A DNA stretch of 64,000 nucleotides from Octopus sinensis. Lineage: Eukaryota. How positions within the stretch are numbered: position 1 is the first letter of the stretch; every line of letters starts with the position of its first letter. The position numbers were made by a program, and so were the translations under genes. This document shows, one piece after another, positions 37,060 through 50,400 of this stretch. The stretch is taken from positions 23,746,001-23,810,000 of the forward strand of contig NC_043013.1 of NCBI RefSeq assembly GCF_006345805.1. Direction: 5' to 3'. The notes under the pieces are model-generated. The model ran no database searches, was not told the origin of the DNA, and worked only from the letters and a program-made list of their open reading frames with translations.

Positions 37060-40000
37060 CACGCACACGTCTTGTCCGATTCTGCTCTCAAAGCCGAACG
37101 ACATTTATTTCTTTTGTATAATTTATATTCGTGCCCACCACATGTGTTGTGTTTCTTTTACTGTCCTTCGCGTTCGCGTGTACGACACACATCCTTAAGT
37201 TTAAGGTTTTTAAATCTCTCTCTCTCTCTCTTTCCCTCTCTGATCGGTCGTGTTATTCTTTGCTCCGCAGTGAAAGATTGTTTTTGTGCTGAAAAGTTTG
37301 AAAATTTGCTTATTTTGGTCGTCGAGGCCACTTCTTTTCTGCTGTTGCAGCAGAGTTTTGCAGTTATTTCCCCCTTGTTTCAAGGGGTAAGCGACGAAAA
37401 ACATGAATTTGCCACTAATTTCTTCCGAGTCGGAGGAAAACGTTGAAAATTTGTTTGAAGGCATGAAGGCGAAAATGTGGGAGGAGGAAGGTAAAAGTAA
37501 AGAGGCGTCTCACGCGAGCGTTACAAAAGCAGACGACAATGTGTCTATCGAAGCTACTACACAACAGCAAAAGTCAAAAATAAATTTTGCGAGTGCAGCA
37601 ACTCGCCCCTGTGATAATATAGTTATAAACAAGGAAGAATTAAAGAAGTACCAAAGTTTATTAAAAAAAAGAAGGTGATAATGTGAAGTTGCTCCCTTCC
37701 AGTGAATTAATTTACGCGACGGAGAGAAAGACGGTAATATACAAAACATATAATGTGAAAAATAGGAAAATTGACTTCGTGCCGAGGGAAGCCATAGAAA
37801 AATGTTTGAGGCCGATATGGCAACAAACTAGTTATATAACGAGGGGTAGTCGCTTCGGCACTGTAGAGGTGCGTTTCTCTAGCGAAGAAAAAGCTAGGGA
37901 ACATTCAACAAGAACGTTGAAGTCGGAAGATGTAGTTCTCCTACCGCTTTATTTAGGAAAGAGAACATCGAAAATAACGGTCACAGATATTCCTCCCAAA
38001 ATAGATGTGGCCTTTGTCATAGCAGGGATTCTCTTAGGCAAAGAGGAAGAAATTGCCATTCTTCAGTCTAAGAGATATCGCCACATGAACTGGTATGGAC
38101 AAGATTTAGAGCTTGTGATCCAAGAAAACCCCTCGGACTTGGAAAAATTGCCCAGTTCCCTCACCATTGGAGATAATACCAGCATGATGGTAATAGTCGA
38201 GGGGAGAAAGTCCAGGTGTTATAAATGTGGCGAGAAAGGCCACATAAGGTCGAGCTGTAAGAAAACAGCCAAAGAAAATGCTGCAGAGGCAAGCACGACG
38301 CCGAAGACAACGATCACACCGCTAGAAATAGCAGCCACGTCGCGCACCCCAATTGCCGAAGTTCAGCCGACAGCGGGAGAAATCAACAACAACAACAACG
38401 ACGACGACGACAACAACAACAACAACAACAACAACATCCAGGAGTGGGTCACCATAGAACCTTCAAAAAGAAGACGGAAACGGAAAAACCCACCCTCTTC
38501 AGATACACAGGACTATGCTCCGAGACAGACAAGCACACCAACACCCACAAATACAATCGCAAACACACACGTAGCCAAAAAAACACGCACACTGGAAAAA
38601 GCACACACAAACACACACACACCTACCACAAGCACACACACCTACAAACACCCACGCTTCTACAAGCACACACACACACACACACACACCTCCACAATCG
38701 CCTAACAAAAAAAAGAAACACCTTCACGGCGATAAATAAAAATAATAAACTATTAAGAGAAAAAATTATTTTAATGAAATCGTCGAAAAAATATATCGCA
38801 ACAGATGTAAATAATGCTATTTCTGAAAATGTCGAATTTTATACTATAGATAACTCTGACTATTTTGAACTAAAAAAATCTTTCTCCCTGTCGACCTGGA
38901 GGGGGCGGAGGAGTGGCAGTGCTGGTCAGGAAAAACCTGTATTTAGAGATTAGAACTGTCTTTATAGATCCGGAAGGCATGTTGGTCGTTTTGGATGTGA
39001 CGCACAGCAGTGGTAAAGTGTTCAGGCTGGTCGCTGTCTATGCTCCCTGCGAAGGAAAAGTCGGGCAGAAAGAGTACTTCAAAAGCCTAGAGAATTTTCT
39101 TGGCACGTTGAACACGTTAGTATTGCTAGGTAACTTCACATAATTCGCGATGCACGCGTAGACTATGTTGGCTCGAGAAAGAATAGGAGGGGATTACCTC
39201 ACCTCAACGATCTGCTAAGTCTATGTTGGCTCGAGAAAGAATAGGAAGGGATTAACTCACCTCAACGATCTGCTAAGTCGTTTCGAATTGGCAGATCGAT
39301 TCAGACTGGACCACCCAGACACTCCAGCGTGGACCTGGGCAAGAAACGACGGGTCGTCCAGATCTTACATAGATAGAATCATAACTAGAAGGAAAGATAA
39401 GAAAATACTTAGCTGTCCACAACACCATATCGTCAACTACAGCGATCACAAATTAGTGACCTGTACGCTCGACATAGATAGCATGTGTAGACGAGGTACC
39501 GGTTACTGGAAGCTAAATAAGTCACTATTGGACTGTGAAGCCTACAGGAATCGGATTAAACAATTAGTAATGAGGGCGTTAACCGGATCCATTATCAACA
39601 ACAAATGGTGGTACGCCCTGAAAAGAGCCATCAAATTTGAGTCAATTAGGTTTAGCAAAGAACTAGCTAGTGCTAGAAACAAAGTAGAAAAGGCAATAGA
39701 CGAGGCAATGAGGTCAGGCAGTGCATCGAAAGTGTTAGCGGCGAGGTTGGCACTCGACCAACATCTCAAAGCTAAACATGAAGGGTGCATTGTCAGGGCT
39801 AAGATCCGTGCAATGAGACAGGAAGGGATCAACGCAGCCGGATGGGCCCGGGTAGTAGAGGGCCAGCGTGGCAACAACTCAACCAGTCGATCTTTGACGG
39901 GCCCAAATGGTCGATTAGTAAACGAACCCGAGGAGATGTGCAAGGTGTTTCACGATCATTTCGCCCAGCTATTCGGGAGGAGCGGCGGACTGGAGCGCGG

Positions 40001-42352
40001 GGAGAAGCTCTGAGACTTCCTAGCCGGTTCGCCGCGTCTATCGAGCCGGACGCGGAATCTTGTGAGGCGCCAATCACAGCCAAAGAAGTCGAGGATGTGT
40101 TGGCAGACTGCGGCGGGGACAAATCACCGGGACTCGATGGTCTGCCTTACGAACTCTATAGTAGCATGCCAGACTTGTTTGGGTACCTACTTGCATGCGT
40201 GTACACCAACTGGCAGCAGAACGAGAGAATTCCTAAGTCTGTGAGCCGAGGGGTGGTAGCGCTGTTAAGAAAGGACCCAAACAAGGGGGATTTAATTGAT
40301 AATTTTCGGCCCATCACTCTGCTTAACGCAGAGTTGAAGATTTTGGCCAAGGTCTTAGCAAAAAAGGTTGGCGCGGGTCGTGGGTGAACTTGTTGGCGAG
40401 GCTCAAACTTGCGCCATCCCTCGACAATCTCCACTTTCTACGCTATGCCTTAGAAAGGGTAAATAGGATTCCTGGCAAGGGTGGGGCTATGGTCCACTTG
40501 GATCAATCGAAAGCGTTCGATAGGGTGGACCATCAGTATCTGGCGGCGGTCCTCACGGCGGCTGGCTTCGGCCCGACCTTCCATGGATGGATCAACGCTT
40601 TATACAGCAACATCGAATCGGTAGTTCGGGTGAATGGTTGCTTTTCGGAGCCGTTCAGCATTGAACGTCCGGTACGTCAAGGGTGTCCTCTCTCCCCGCT
40701 TATCTACGTTTTGGCCCTCGAGCCGTTGCTGAGGAGGTTGGAAACTATGAGAGGCACTCCGCAAGATCTAGGGTGCGGAAAGTCAGCTTCGGCGTATGCG
40801 GACGACATCATCGTCACCGTATCCCGAGTCGAGCACCTACAGTGGGTGGGTGAGGCCTTAAGGGACTACGAAGCAGTGGCAGGAGCGAAAGTCAACCGGG
40901 ATAAATCGGTCGGCTTGCAACTCGGCACCTGGAGGGGCAAGTTGATGTTTTCCGACACCGTCGTAGGACGTTGGACGGAAGGGCCGGTGAAAATGCTTGG
41001 AACCTGGTTAGGTCCAGATCTCCAGATAGAGAAGAACTGGAGCGAGGTGGCTCTCCTAACTCAGACATGGTCTGAGCCGAAGCTGTCCTTGAAAGGGAGT
41101 GCGGAGGTTACAGAGGTGTTTATCGCCTCTGTAATCACTTACCGCCTGACCGTCGTGCCTTGCCCCGATTCGTGGCTGAACAAACCTGAACGCATGCTCT
41201 TTCGCTTTTTGTGGAGGGGCAGCAGACCTCTTGTAAGGCGCTCTATTTGCTGCCAAAAGCCGCTGAAGGGTGGGTTAGGGATGCCGTGGCTAAAAATGCG
41301 CAGACATGCGCTCAGGCTTAGGCACCTCTGGCTTTACCTGGATGGTGAGCAGGTGTGGTCTCCGTTCGTCAAGCTGTTATTTCCACAGTTCACATCGTTT
41401 AACGAACTGAACCCATGGATCAAGTGTAGACCGAGGTTAAGCGTGTGGCATGTAGAGTGCCATTAGGCACTCGTGCTTCTCTCCCAGTCGGGCAACGCCG
41501 GTGGCGGGGGTACTACCTCATTCTTCTATAGAGGGTTAGTAGAGTTTAAGTGTGATGACGTCCTGGGAGAAACCCTGGACTTCGACGAAAATCAACTGGC
41601 CAGCCTGTTCCAAAGAACATTCGGTCCGGGGCCTGTGGATAATTACCAAAAGTCCCTGGCCTGGTAATGTTACAGAGGAGCTTTACCGGTTCGAGATAAG
41701 CTCTTTAGACATGGGTGTGCACCTTCGCCGGTTTGTGCAAGATGGGAGAGGGACAGTGAAACTGCCCTGCATGCGATTGTGCAATGCCCTAAGGTGACTG
41801 AACTCTGGGCTTATGTCGAACACCTGCTGTCGCATTCGAGAAGAGTACAACTGTCGAGCGAATATGTAATTAAGATAGTTCCGCCGACCTCCCTGAATAG
41901 GGAAGAGCGAGCCTGTTTTCTCTCGGTAGTTGCTATGGCGAAAGAAGTAGTATGGAAGACGAGAGTAAAAGGAATTGCAACAGGTATGTTTATCTCCAGT
42001 CTCGAGCTAATCGACTTTTTCGTTTTCCACATTAAACGGAAAATAAGGCTGGAGAAGAAATGCCTGTCGCAAAGTGTGTTTCGTAAAAGATGGAAGTCTA
42101 TAGCAAGTATGTTGTGAGTGAAGGAACCTGTTTAATCAAGAATGTAAAAAAGGAGAAAGCAAAGTCTTCAGTGTGAGTATGTGGTTTGTGGGGTCAACCA
42201 CATCCTCCGCTTCATTTTTTGTAGATCACTCATTCTCATTTAATTGTATATATTTTAATTGTTTGTTTATTCATACGTTTCATCTCATTCGATACCCTGA
42301 CCCCAACGTTTGTTTTGTCCCCTCTTTTTCTCAACCTTATGGTGAATAAAGA
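37060..42352 (+). mobile_element. Near-full-length, disrupted L1/Tx1-clade LINE (ORF1 CCHC; ORF2 EN-RT-zf)
   Basis: ORF1 37403-~38900 with a +1 A-run frameshift at ~37670 and CYKCGEKGHIRSSC; ORF2 pieces 38913-42117 with GGVAVL, VYAP, WTW, SYIDRI, KSPGLDG, DQSKAFDRVDH, RQGCPLSP, YADD, and C-terminal ET..H...C; aataaagaaata 3' end. 5' boundary is approximate. Confidence 0.93.
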
Positions 42353-42460
42353 AATACTCTCCCTTTCCCTCTCTTTCTCTCTCTCTCTCTTTCTCTTTCT
42401 CTCTCTTTCTCTCTCGCTCTTTCCCTCTCTTTTTCTCTCTCTCTCTCCCTCTCTTCCCCC

Positions 42461-42546
<86 letters not shown>
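42353..42546. repeat. (CT)n microsatellite abutting the LINE 3' end
   Basis: Direct reading. Confidence 0.95.
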
Positions 42547-42552
<6 letters not shown>

Positions 42553-44094
42553 TACGTTAGAAGGATTGTGCTGATGGAGTGTTCCGTTTTTCTCTGAAAA
42601 AGAAGAAAAAAGTCGAGTGAGCGGCTAAGAACCAGTTCTTGTAAGAGAACGCGATAACTTATAGTAATCGTACGACATACAATATGAAATAGAAAATCAG
42701 AGGAAATATTTCTAGAATCAGTTGAATATCAAGAAACTTATGAATAGAACAAACAGCGCAAATATTTGTGAGTTCGTATGTCAGAGAGATTCTATCAGCA
42801 GAAAATATACAAACATGATTAAATAAAGGAAAATCTATAAAGTAGATATAAATACAGCAACAGAAAAATTATGCTTAGTATTTTCGAACACTTTAAGATA
42901 GATTCAATGTGGAACACCTAACAGAATCATTTACGATACATAATGAAAGCCTGTAATACAAAAGAAATTCACTCGCAGACTTTTTCTAATTAGGTTACGC
43001 AAAGAGATTTAAGGGAAATAATTACATAGAGTTATTTCCCTCGATGCAGTTGTCCCTGTCAAAATTAAGAATGAGTTTGGAAAATTAGTTAATTATACCA
43101 AAGGAAAAAAATTACAATTTTTTAAAATTAAAAGTTAGATTTTTTACTCGGAATATCAAGCTTTTTACTTGCAAGACTGAGAAAACATTGCATAATTTAT
43201 TAGGTTAGAAAACTCAAGTTTTCCTAATAAATTCAAGGCAAAAGATTTAAAAAAGTTATTTCCCTTTAAACATAAACTTTGAATTGTTTCTGTGATTTTT
43301 AGGATATATTTTTCAACTTCGAAACTAGAATCTCTAATCTCAAAGAGGACATTTCATAATTTGGAAGACTTATGATTTAAGCAATTTCTTGGAAACATTG
43401 AAAGAGTTGAGATTAAGTTTATATAATGCTGTTAAGCGAGCAGTTTTCTTTTTTTTAAAGATATATCCAAATTCTTCAAAAGTAGCCCCAACGAAAGGCT
43501 TTTCTTTTTTAAAATTAACTTGAGACAATGGTGATTTTGTATTTTGCAAGCTTTCCAATAATAATTAGAAGGGATGTGTCAAATATAAAGACAAATTCTC
43601 GAATTTCTAATATTGGCACAAAGCCATGCATGTTTGGAAAGAGAATCTAGTTGATCAAAGGACCTCTGGTATTTTATTTTCATTGCTCCTGGAAGGAACA
43701 GTTAAGCTCATTAATATTTGAACTCAAATTCCAAAAGACCCATGAGGTATTTCATCCAGAGATTCTTTGTTTGAATAAGAGGAAATAATTCTTTCTGTTG
43801 TTTATTATGAATGTGAATGAAAAAAATTAATCAGTTAATTAGTCTTGTTGATGAAGCATTAATTATTTATTTAATAAAAGCAATTCTTTTAGGCCCTAAA
43901 CTATGTTATCTGTTTACATAGATCATGATCAAATATCTTGATATATTTAATATAACAGCAATATTTTAAAGCTGTAAATATTTTAAAGCTGTATTTAAAC
44001 CCACACACATGCAGTAGATTATTTCATATGCCGTAGAATTAAATTTAGTCAAAATATACTATATTCTGTATCTAACATTTGAATATTTAAGGTG

Positions 44095-44420
44095 AACTGC
44101 TGTGCAGAAACTGTTTGATAATTTTGACAGAGCTGCACAACAGTTCAGCTTAAAGATTAACATCAGAAAAACCAAAAGCCTTTACCAAAATCTAGTGAAC
44201 CTAACTGCTCCAGTAAGAGAAGAAAACATCGCCTATTAGACATGAAAGGCTGGCCACGTGCAAAGCATTCAAATATCTAGACAGCACATACAGAATGAGC
44301 AGAGTTGTGCTTCATTTGACAGGCTGCAAGATAGGCATGTGGAAAACTAGCTCTTGTATGAAGTGTTGTTGTAGGTTGTATATTGTGGTCTTCCTTCCTT
44401 CATCCTTCCACTTCTAATGG
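44095..44420 (+). mobile_element. Decayed RTE-clade RT fragment
   Basis: QKLFDNFDRAAQQFSLKINIRKTKSLYQ...FKYLDS. Confidence 0.6.
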
Positions 44421-45376
44421 AGAAAGAGAACTGCTATGCTACAGTGTCTCTTGGATATTCAAACGTGATGGAGATGGTATCCATCTCTGTCCAGGTTTGA
44501 ACATGGGAGATTTTATCCAGGTACAAAAAAAGCGGGGGGGTAGAAAAAAGAAAGAGAAGTTGAGGAAGAAGAATGGAGCTAATGGTTCACTGATATTTGA
44601 TTCATTAACCCTGAAAAGATATGAAAAGCTAAGTGGACCTTGACAGGATTTGAAATCAAATCACAGAGGGCCAGAATGAATATTACAAAGCCTTTTAACC
44701 AAACTTCTAAGAATTTGAATATTAATTGTTAAAGGAATGGACAAAATGTCTGAAGAGCAACACTGATCACTCTTTTCAAAGTATCTATTACTGGTGGGGA
44801 CTGGGGACAGGGGTCAGGGGTCAGGGGATGAATTTACCCTGGCACCAGTTATTTGGTTGCAATGTTAAAAGCATTCAAGTATCCAGGAATAATCATTCCA
44901 AATTGTGAAAGTTATTCAAGTAAACTTTATGATTCATTGCCATAAAAATAATCAAGAGATCCACAGCAAAAGATAGAAATGGAGATCAAGTTAGGTTCTA
45001 ATTGGTGAGCAACATCATTTAAAAATTTTAATTAATTTTGTATCCCTATTCCTTGGAATAACTGTTGCTGTTGTTTCTGCTGTTATTTACCTCCAGGTAG
45101 CCATGATTGAGCAAACCTGTAATTAAAGACATTAAATTTGATGATCTTATCATCAGTTTTACAGGTATTGTGCTCTCTACATTACATTATTCTATGTCCT
45201 TCAATTAAAAAGAACAAACTAGGGTATGACTTGAGGGAGATTTCACTATTATTTCTAGCAAGTTAGGCAACCACATAGAGACTTCATCATTAGTTTGATG
45301 TTGGTGTGTGATTGTTATTGTTGTTGTTGTTGTCGTCGTCGTCGTCGTCGTCGTTGTTGTTGTTGTGTTGTTGTTG

Positions 45377-45408
<32 letters not shown>

Positions 45409-45751
45409 GGTGGTGTGGTGGTGGTGGTCGTCGTCGCCGTCGTGATAGTGGTGGTATAAAAGGATTATCCCTAATCCAGGATGAATAACGTGCTTCTAAA
45501 TCCTGAACCATTCCTGCAATTAAAACTGGAATTATATCCCCAAATGTCCGTGAATGAGTTCATGTTGGAGCCCCTACATAGTCACACACCACTTAACCCG
45601 TTAGAAGTGGTGAAATCTTCCTCATAATAACGGTCTGAAAGATGGTCATGGCCAGAATGCCTTCAGTTGTAGTTCTGTTGGATTACAACAGCTGAACATG
45701 AATGCATCCTTCAAATACTGATTTCAAATTTTGGCAAGTTTGGGGGAGGGG

Positions 45752-45905
45752 GAAATCAATTACATCGACCCCAGTGTTCAACTGGTACTTATTTTATCAA
45801 TCCTGAAAGGATGAAAGGCTAAGTCAACCATGGCAGGATTTGAACTCAGAACATAAAGACAGATGAAATACCATCAAGCGTTTTGCTGAGCAGAATAACA
45901 ATTCT
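45752..45905 (-). mobile_element. Decayed family-A SINE
   Basis: catcgaccccagtg...ggatgaaaggc...tgaactcagaac core with CpG loss. Confidence 0.7.
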
Positions 45906-46506
45906 CCCATTTAACATGAATAGATTCTTCAAATATCAAGAGAGCCAAACTTTCATCAAATATTGCCCGTTTTTGTTCTCCACAGTTATATGTTCATCTT
46001 GAAACTGTTTCACATAGAAAGTATGGCATTAGTCCCGATCGAGTGATGAAAAGGTTTCTAAGCCGGCCAAACATCACACAGCTTTTTTGACAGCTTGCCA
46101 AAAGCTCAAGTGTGTAAACAGCATATACATGTCTGACACTGGCCAAATATGATTCCTTTACACAATTGGCTGGTGTCTGTGATTAAATGTGCATTGATCA
46201 AGCATTGAGAAGCAGATCAATATTTCTTTAATGAATCCTCCGCTTAATGTCTTACAATCAACTGCGTTGGTCTTCTTTATGCTTTTGCAATTGTATTGAA
46301 AACATTTACTTACCAAGATGTATGTTGTTGTTGTTGTTGTTAACCCTGATCAAAACGTTTTTTGGCCATGACCATCATTTCACTGGATATTCATAAAGAT
46401 GCCAGACCACAGACCAAACGGTCATGAGTTCAAACCTTACTTCAGCAATTATCAATTGTTTCTTGACAGATTGTTCGAGTAAGTCTGTTTGACTATCAAC
46501 GAGTTG

Positions 46507-46557
<51 letters not shown>

Positions 46558-46558
46558 C

Positions 46559-46606
<48 letters not shown>

Positions 46607-46607
46607 G

Positions 46608-46638
<31 letters not shown>

Positions 46639-46942
46639 CGCCGCAGCTGGCATCAGCACCATCACCACCATTATCATCATCATCATCATCAACTGCTGTA
46701 GCCATACCAGTCACAGCATTGTCCCTCCACTTTTCCATCATGCTGTTATGATTGGATGGGTTTTCCAAAGCAGGGTTTTATGGATGATAGGTGCCCATTC
46801 TATCAGGAACTCTTTAGCCACACTCCCCTTCAACTCATAGCAACAAACTGAATCTATTCTAAAACCAGAATACTCATGATAAATGGAAGATACTTACAGC
46901 ACTTTGGTTTGCCAAGTGGTCCTCCATCCAGCTCCCCACTTC

Positions 46943-47311
46943 ATAATAATAATAATAATAATAATAATTGTGTACAGTGCTCAGGTGCACTACAACTCAT
47001 CTAAAGTGTATATATAATCAGGTGTAGTTTCGGCGGATTTCGGAAAGCATGAGGGCCTTAAAGGATGCAGTGTCATGGCAGTCAACAACTGATGCAGGCA
47101 GTTTATTCCATGCTTCAGCAACTCTGAGCGTGAAGAAATGCTTCCGAAAGTCATGGGAGCTGTGTTGTTTTCTGACTTTGTAGGCATGTCCACGTGTGTT
47201 AGACACATGGAGATCAAAAAGGTGTTCAGTGTTGTTGTTGGTGAGGTGGTTGATAACTTTGTGGGTGTTTACCAAGTCCGTCGCCAGACGCCGGAGCTTC
47301 AGTGAATCCAT
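46943..47311 (-). mobile_element. CR1-clade LINE 3' fragment with (TAT)n tail
   Basis: LRRLATDL...TRGH..K...RKHFFTLRV..AWNKLP..VV...FK, the CR1 C-terminal signature. Confidence 0.85.
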
Positions 47312-47574
47312 TAAGATGAAAAGCAGTTTTACATGTTAGTAAAATATGAAGATTAAATGCGGATGATGCAGAGTGACTGAAGGGGGAAAAGAAAGGAAGT
47401 GAATTTACTCCACTGGACATGCAATGTGCAGGATTGACTGAATTGAGATGAGAGGAATCAGATGTCATATACAAGAGAGAAAACAGGGCTGACAGGGATA
47501 TGATTGTATAAAGAATGGGTAAAGAAGGGGTAAGCAAAGAAAAAGAAGACTCAGGAGGAAACGTTGGCGGCTGA

Positions 47575-48060
47575 GCTCAGAAAGGTGAATTATGTGAAAA
47601 CAATATCCATCATGTGGTGTCCGTTTTCATTGATGCATTTCGGAAGGTGTTCTTGGAAGTTGTTCTCCACTCTCTCCAACATTGCTCTGTGCATAGTCCC
47701 ATGGTTTCAACTGTTGCCAAATGACCAATTTGTATGGGTGGAAATACAGGTCTTCATGCAAAATATACCTTACCGATCGATTACCGAAGCCAAGTTCAGT
47801 GGAATGCCTCCAAAGCGATTCGGACTCCGTATTAAAACTTGTCTGATACGTAACTGTCATAGGCAAACACACGATGTTCTATCGTCCACAGTGCCATGGC
47901 TTCACCTGAAAAGAAGAGAAAATGCTAAGACAGCATGGGCCGAATGGTACCTGTCAGACATATGTCCCTCCCACTGGGGCTGAGAAATAGCCATTTCAAA
48001 AACGTCTGTCCTCTCTGCCCCATCCAGAACCATTTTGAAGAAGTCCTGTCCAATCCCTGC
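47575..48060 (-). mobile_element. Deleted Tc1/mariner-superfamily (DUF4817-type N-terminus) relic
   Basis: MALWTIEHRVFAYDSY (ATG 47897) and RHSTELG...VRYILHEDLYFHPYKL..QQL.P.D. Confidence 0.65.
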
Positions 48061-49657
48061 ATTCAGGGAAAATAAATATTAAATGATGATGATGATGATG
48101 ATGATGTGTGTGTGTAGAAAAAAGTCTTCCAGAAATACTAGGAAAAAACCTATCAAGGGAGACAACTTAATAAGACGTTTCGTAATGGTTTATTCACTTG
48201 TTAAGAAACCCCAACCTGTCTTAATATTTCAAAATACAGTCTTTTCCTAGTATTATTACAGCAGATTTGAGTTGGTTTTTCCGATGATTTTAAGATTGGA
48301 GTTATTGGTCATCCTCATTATGAATAAACCATATTAAATAAAAGGATGCTGCAGTATTTATGGGTGTCTCTCTTTCGAAAGAATTTTTAGGCCAAATATT
48401 TTCCCATCAAAATATGACTTCATCAAATACCATTCCAAGTGACTAATCATCTGTATAACAGACTTTTATGGCAATTTTACACTTTTTTCTCATTTTGTTT
48501 GACTAAGTTTTCATCTGAGTCATTAGATATTGAAAAGCTACAAATTTGTGAGAAACTTTCAAAATCTATTTCTTAGATTGAAATTTAAAAGTTGATAAAT
48601 ATTTATGTCCACAAAGATTTGCAAAACATTTAAAAATTCATTTATTTAGTTATAAAAAAAAACAGACTTTTTTTGGTCTAGAGGCTGAGATATGTGGGCC
48701 ATTCTTTGAAAACAATTCTTATAGGATTCCATGTCTCAGAAAATTGATTTCATGACATTGAAGTGACTTTATCAGTCAAACTATAACAGTTTGGTAGGTA
48801 TAGTGACCAGAATAACTGGAATATCAGTCTGTAGCAACTCTGTGACTTTTCAACTTTTACCTTCTGAGGTTAGAATGATTAAAAGATTAAGCTCCATTTC
48901 CCCCTTGGCACTATGACACAAAGTTCATACCAATTATCTGGATATTCGGTAATAGAGTTCAACCATTATGTTGCACAAATTTCAGTAATTCCCTAAAGGT
49001 TTTCTCTGATCTGCCAATTCTGCAGTCTCGAGTAAAGCTTGCTAATAATTTGTGATTATGGATCCCAGAATTCCTTACAATTTGTTCTCTTATTCTATTC
49101 TGTCCAATACAAACACTCTGTCAATAGTCCTGAGTTCAAATTCTGTCAAAGTCAATTTTACCTATCATTCTTTCAGGGTCACTAAAATGAGATCCAGTTG
49201 TGCACAGGGGTTGATGGAATCAACCTACTCCATGGAAATTGCTGGTCTTGTGCCAAAACTTGAAACTGTAATATGGCATTGCTTCCTGTTAATCATAACT
49301 TTCTGTTATTAGAGTTTTCTCTTGCGTTATTCATGGCTGTTGCTGACAATGGTGAAGTTCAGCAGAAGAGAAGAAACGGTGGAATGTCTAAGAGTGTTTT
49401 AATTTTGTTCCATAAATGTACTGAGTTTCAACCTGACTGAAGTCAACTTTGCATTTCATTTTTCCAAGGTCAATAAATGAAGTCCCAGCTAAGTACTAGG
49501 GTAGGTTTAATCAGCTGTAACCCCCACCCACCAACCCATTCCTTGGCATTGTGAAAATATTAAAAATCATTACTGACATCTTTGAAGCAAAACTCTGAAT
49601 TTATAAACATCTTCCAATATGACTAAACATTTTCTGTAACAGAACAAGCCAGGCACA

Positions 49658-49860
49658 GAAAACTGACCGTGTGGTAAGAAGCTTGCTTCCCAACCACATG
49701 GTTCTGGGTTCAGTTCCACTGTGTGGTACCTTGGGCATGTGTCTTCTACTATAGCCTCAGGCCAAAAAGAGCCTTCTGAGTGGATTTGGAAGATGGAAAC
49801 TGAACAAAGCCTATCATATATTATATATATACGTGTCTGTATATATATATATATATATAC
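49658..49860 (+). mobile_element. Partial family-C SINE
   Basis: Matches 30170-30340. Confidence 0.75.
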
Positions 49861-50159
49861 ACACACATAAAAACCAAGAAAGAGAGAACAAATTTCAAAG
49901 GTCAGTGTTCATATTCACTCAATATATTTCAAAGTGTTGGAATACTCCACAGCACACATAGGTGCATTCATATACACAAGATATAATACAAAAATTCATA
50001 AATATATAAATATATAAGAATACATAAATGTACTTGCGATGTTGTATGTCCATATTAAAATCAATGAGGATATCAAAATATGCAGAATGTATAGCGGAAA
50101 TCCAAATAGATGAGAATGTTGGTATAAAATGATTTTAAAAGGAATCTCTTGAGCAGATG

Positions 50160-50255
50160 CAAAGTCTGACGGCCATTTCGAGAAGATATAGGTTGGTATA
50201 GGTGAGTCAATTCCAACCATAACAATCATCTATATTTCTCTCATCAGAGTTAATC
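50160..50255 (-). ncRNA. Hammerhead ribozyme core, stem I degenerate
   Basis: CUGAUGA (50247-41), stem II GAGAA/UUCUC + AUAUAG/CUAUAU + GGUUGG/CCAACC, GAAA, quasi-palindromic AUGGCCGU stem III, GUC; stem I only 2 bp. Confidence 0.6.
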
Positions 50256-50400
50256 TAAAGGATTTATAAAAGAGTTATTTAAATCTTGAAGTTTTAAGCA
50301 ACATGAGAAATTTAGGAATTTTAAAAAAGTGAATGCTGTGTGAGAACATACTGTTCAGGCGAATGATATGATAAGAGCTAAAATTACATGTTTAAATAAA

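Noticed and set aside
38444-38953. Independent 169-aa gene
   Set aside because: Frameshifted tail of LINE ORF1 containing (CA)n.
37403-42117. Active LINE
   Set aside because: Multiple frameshifts and stops, a deletion of the EN N-terminus and an internal duplication.
49052-49312. Plus-strand ORF or exon with ttctttcag acceptor
   Set aside because: The reverse strand matches a decayed family-A SINE core.
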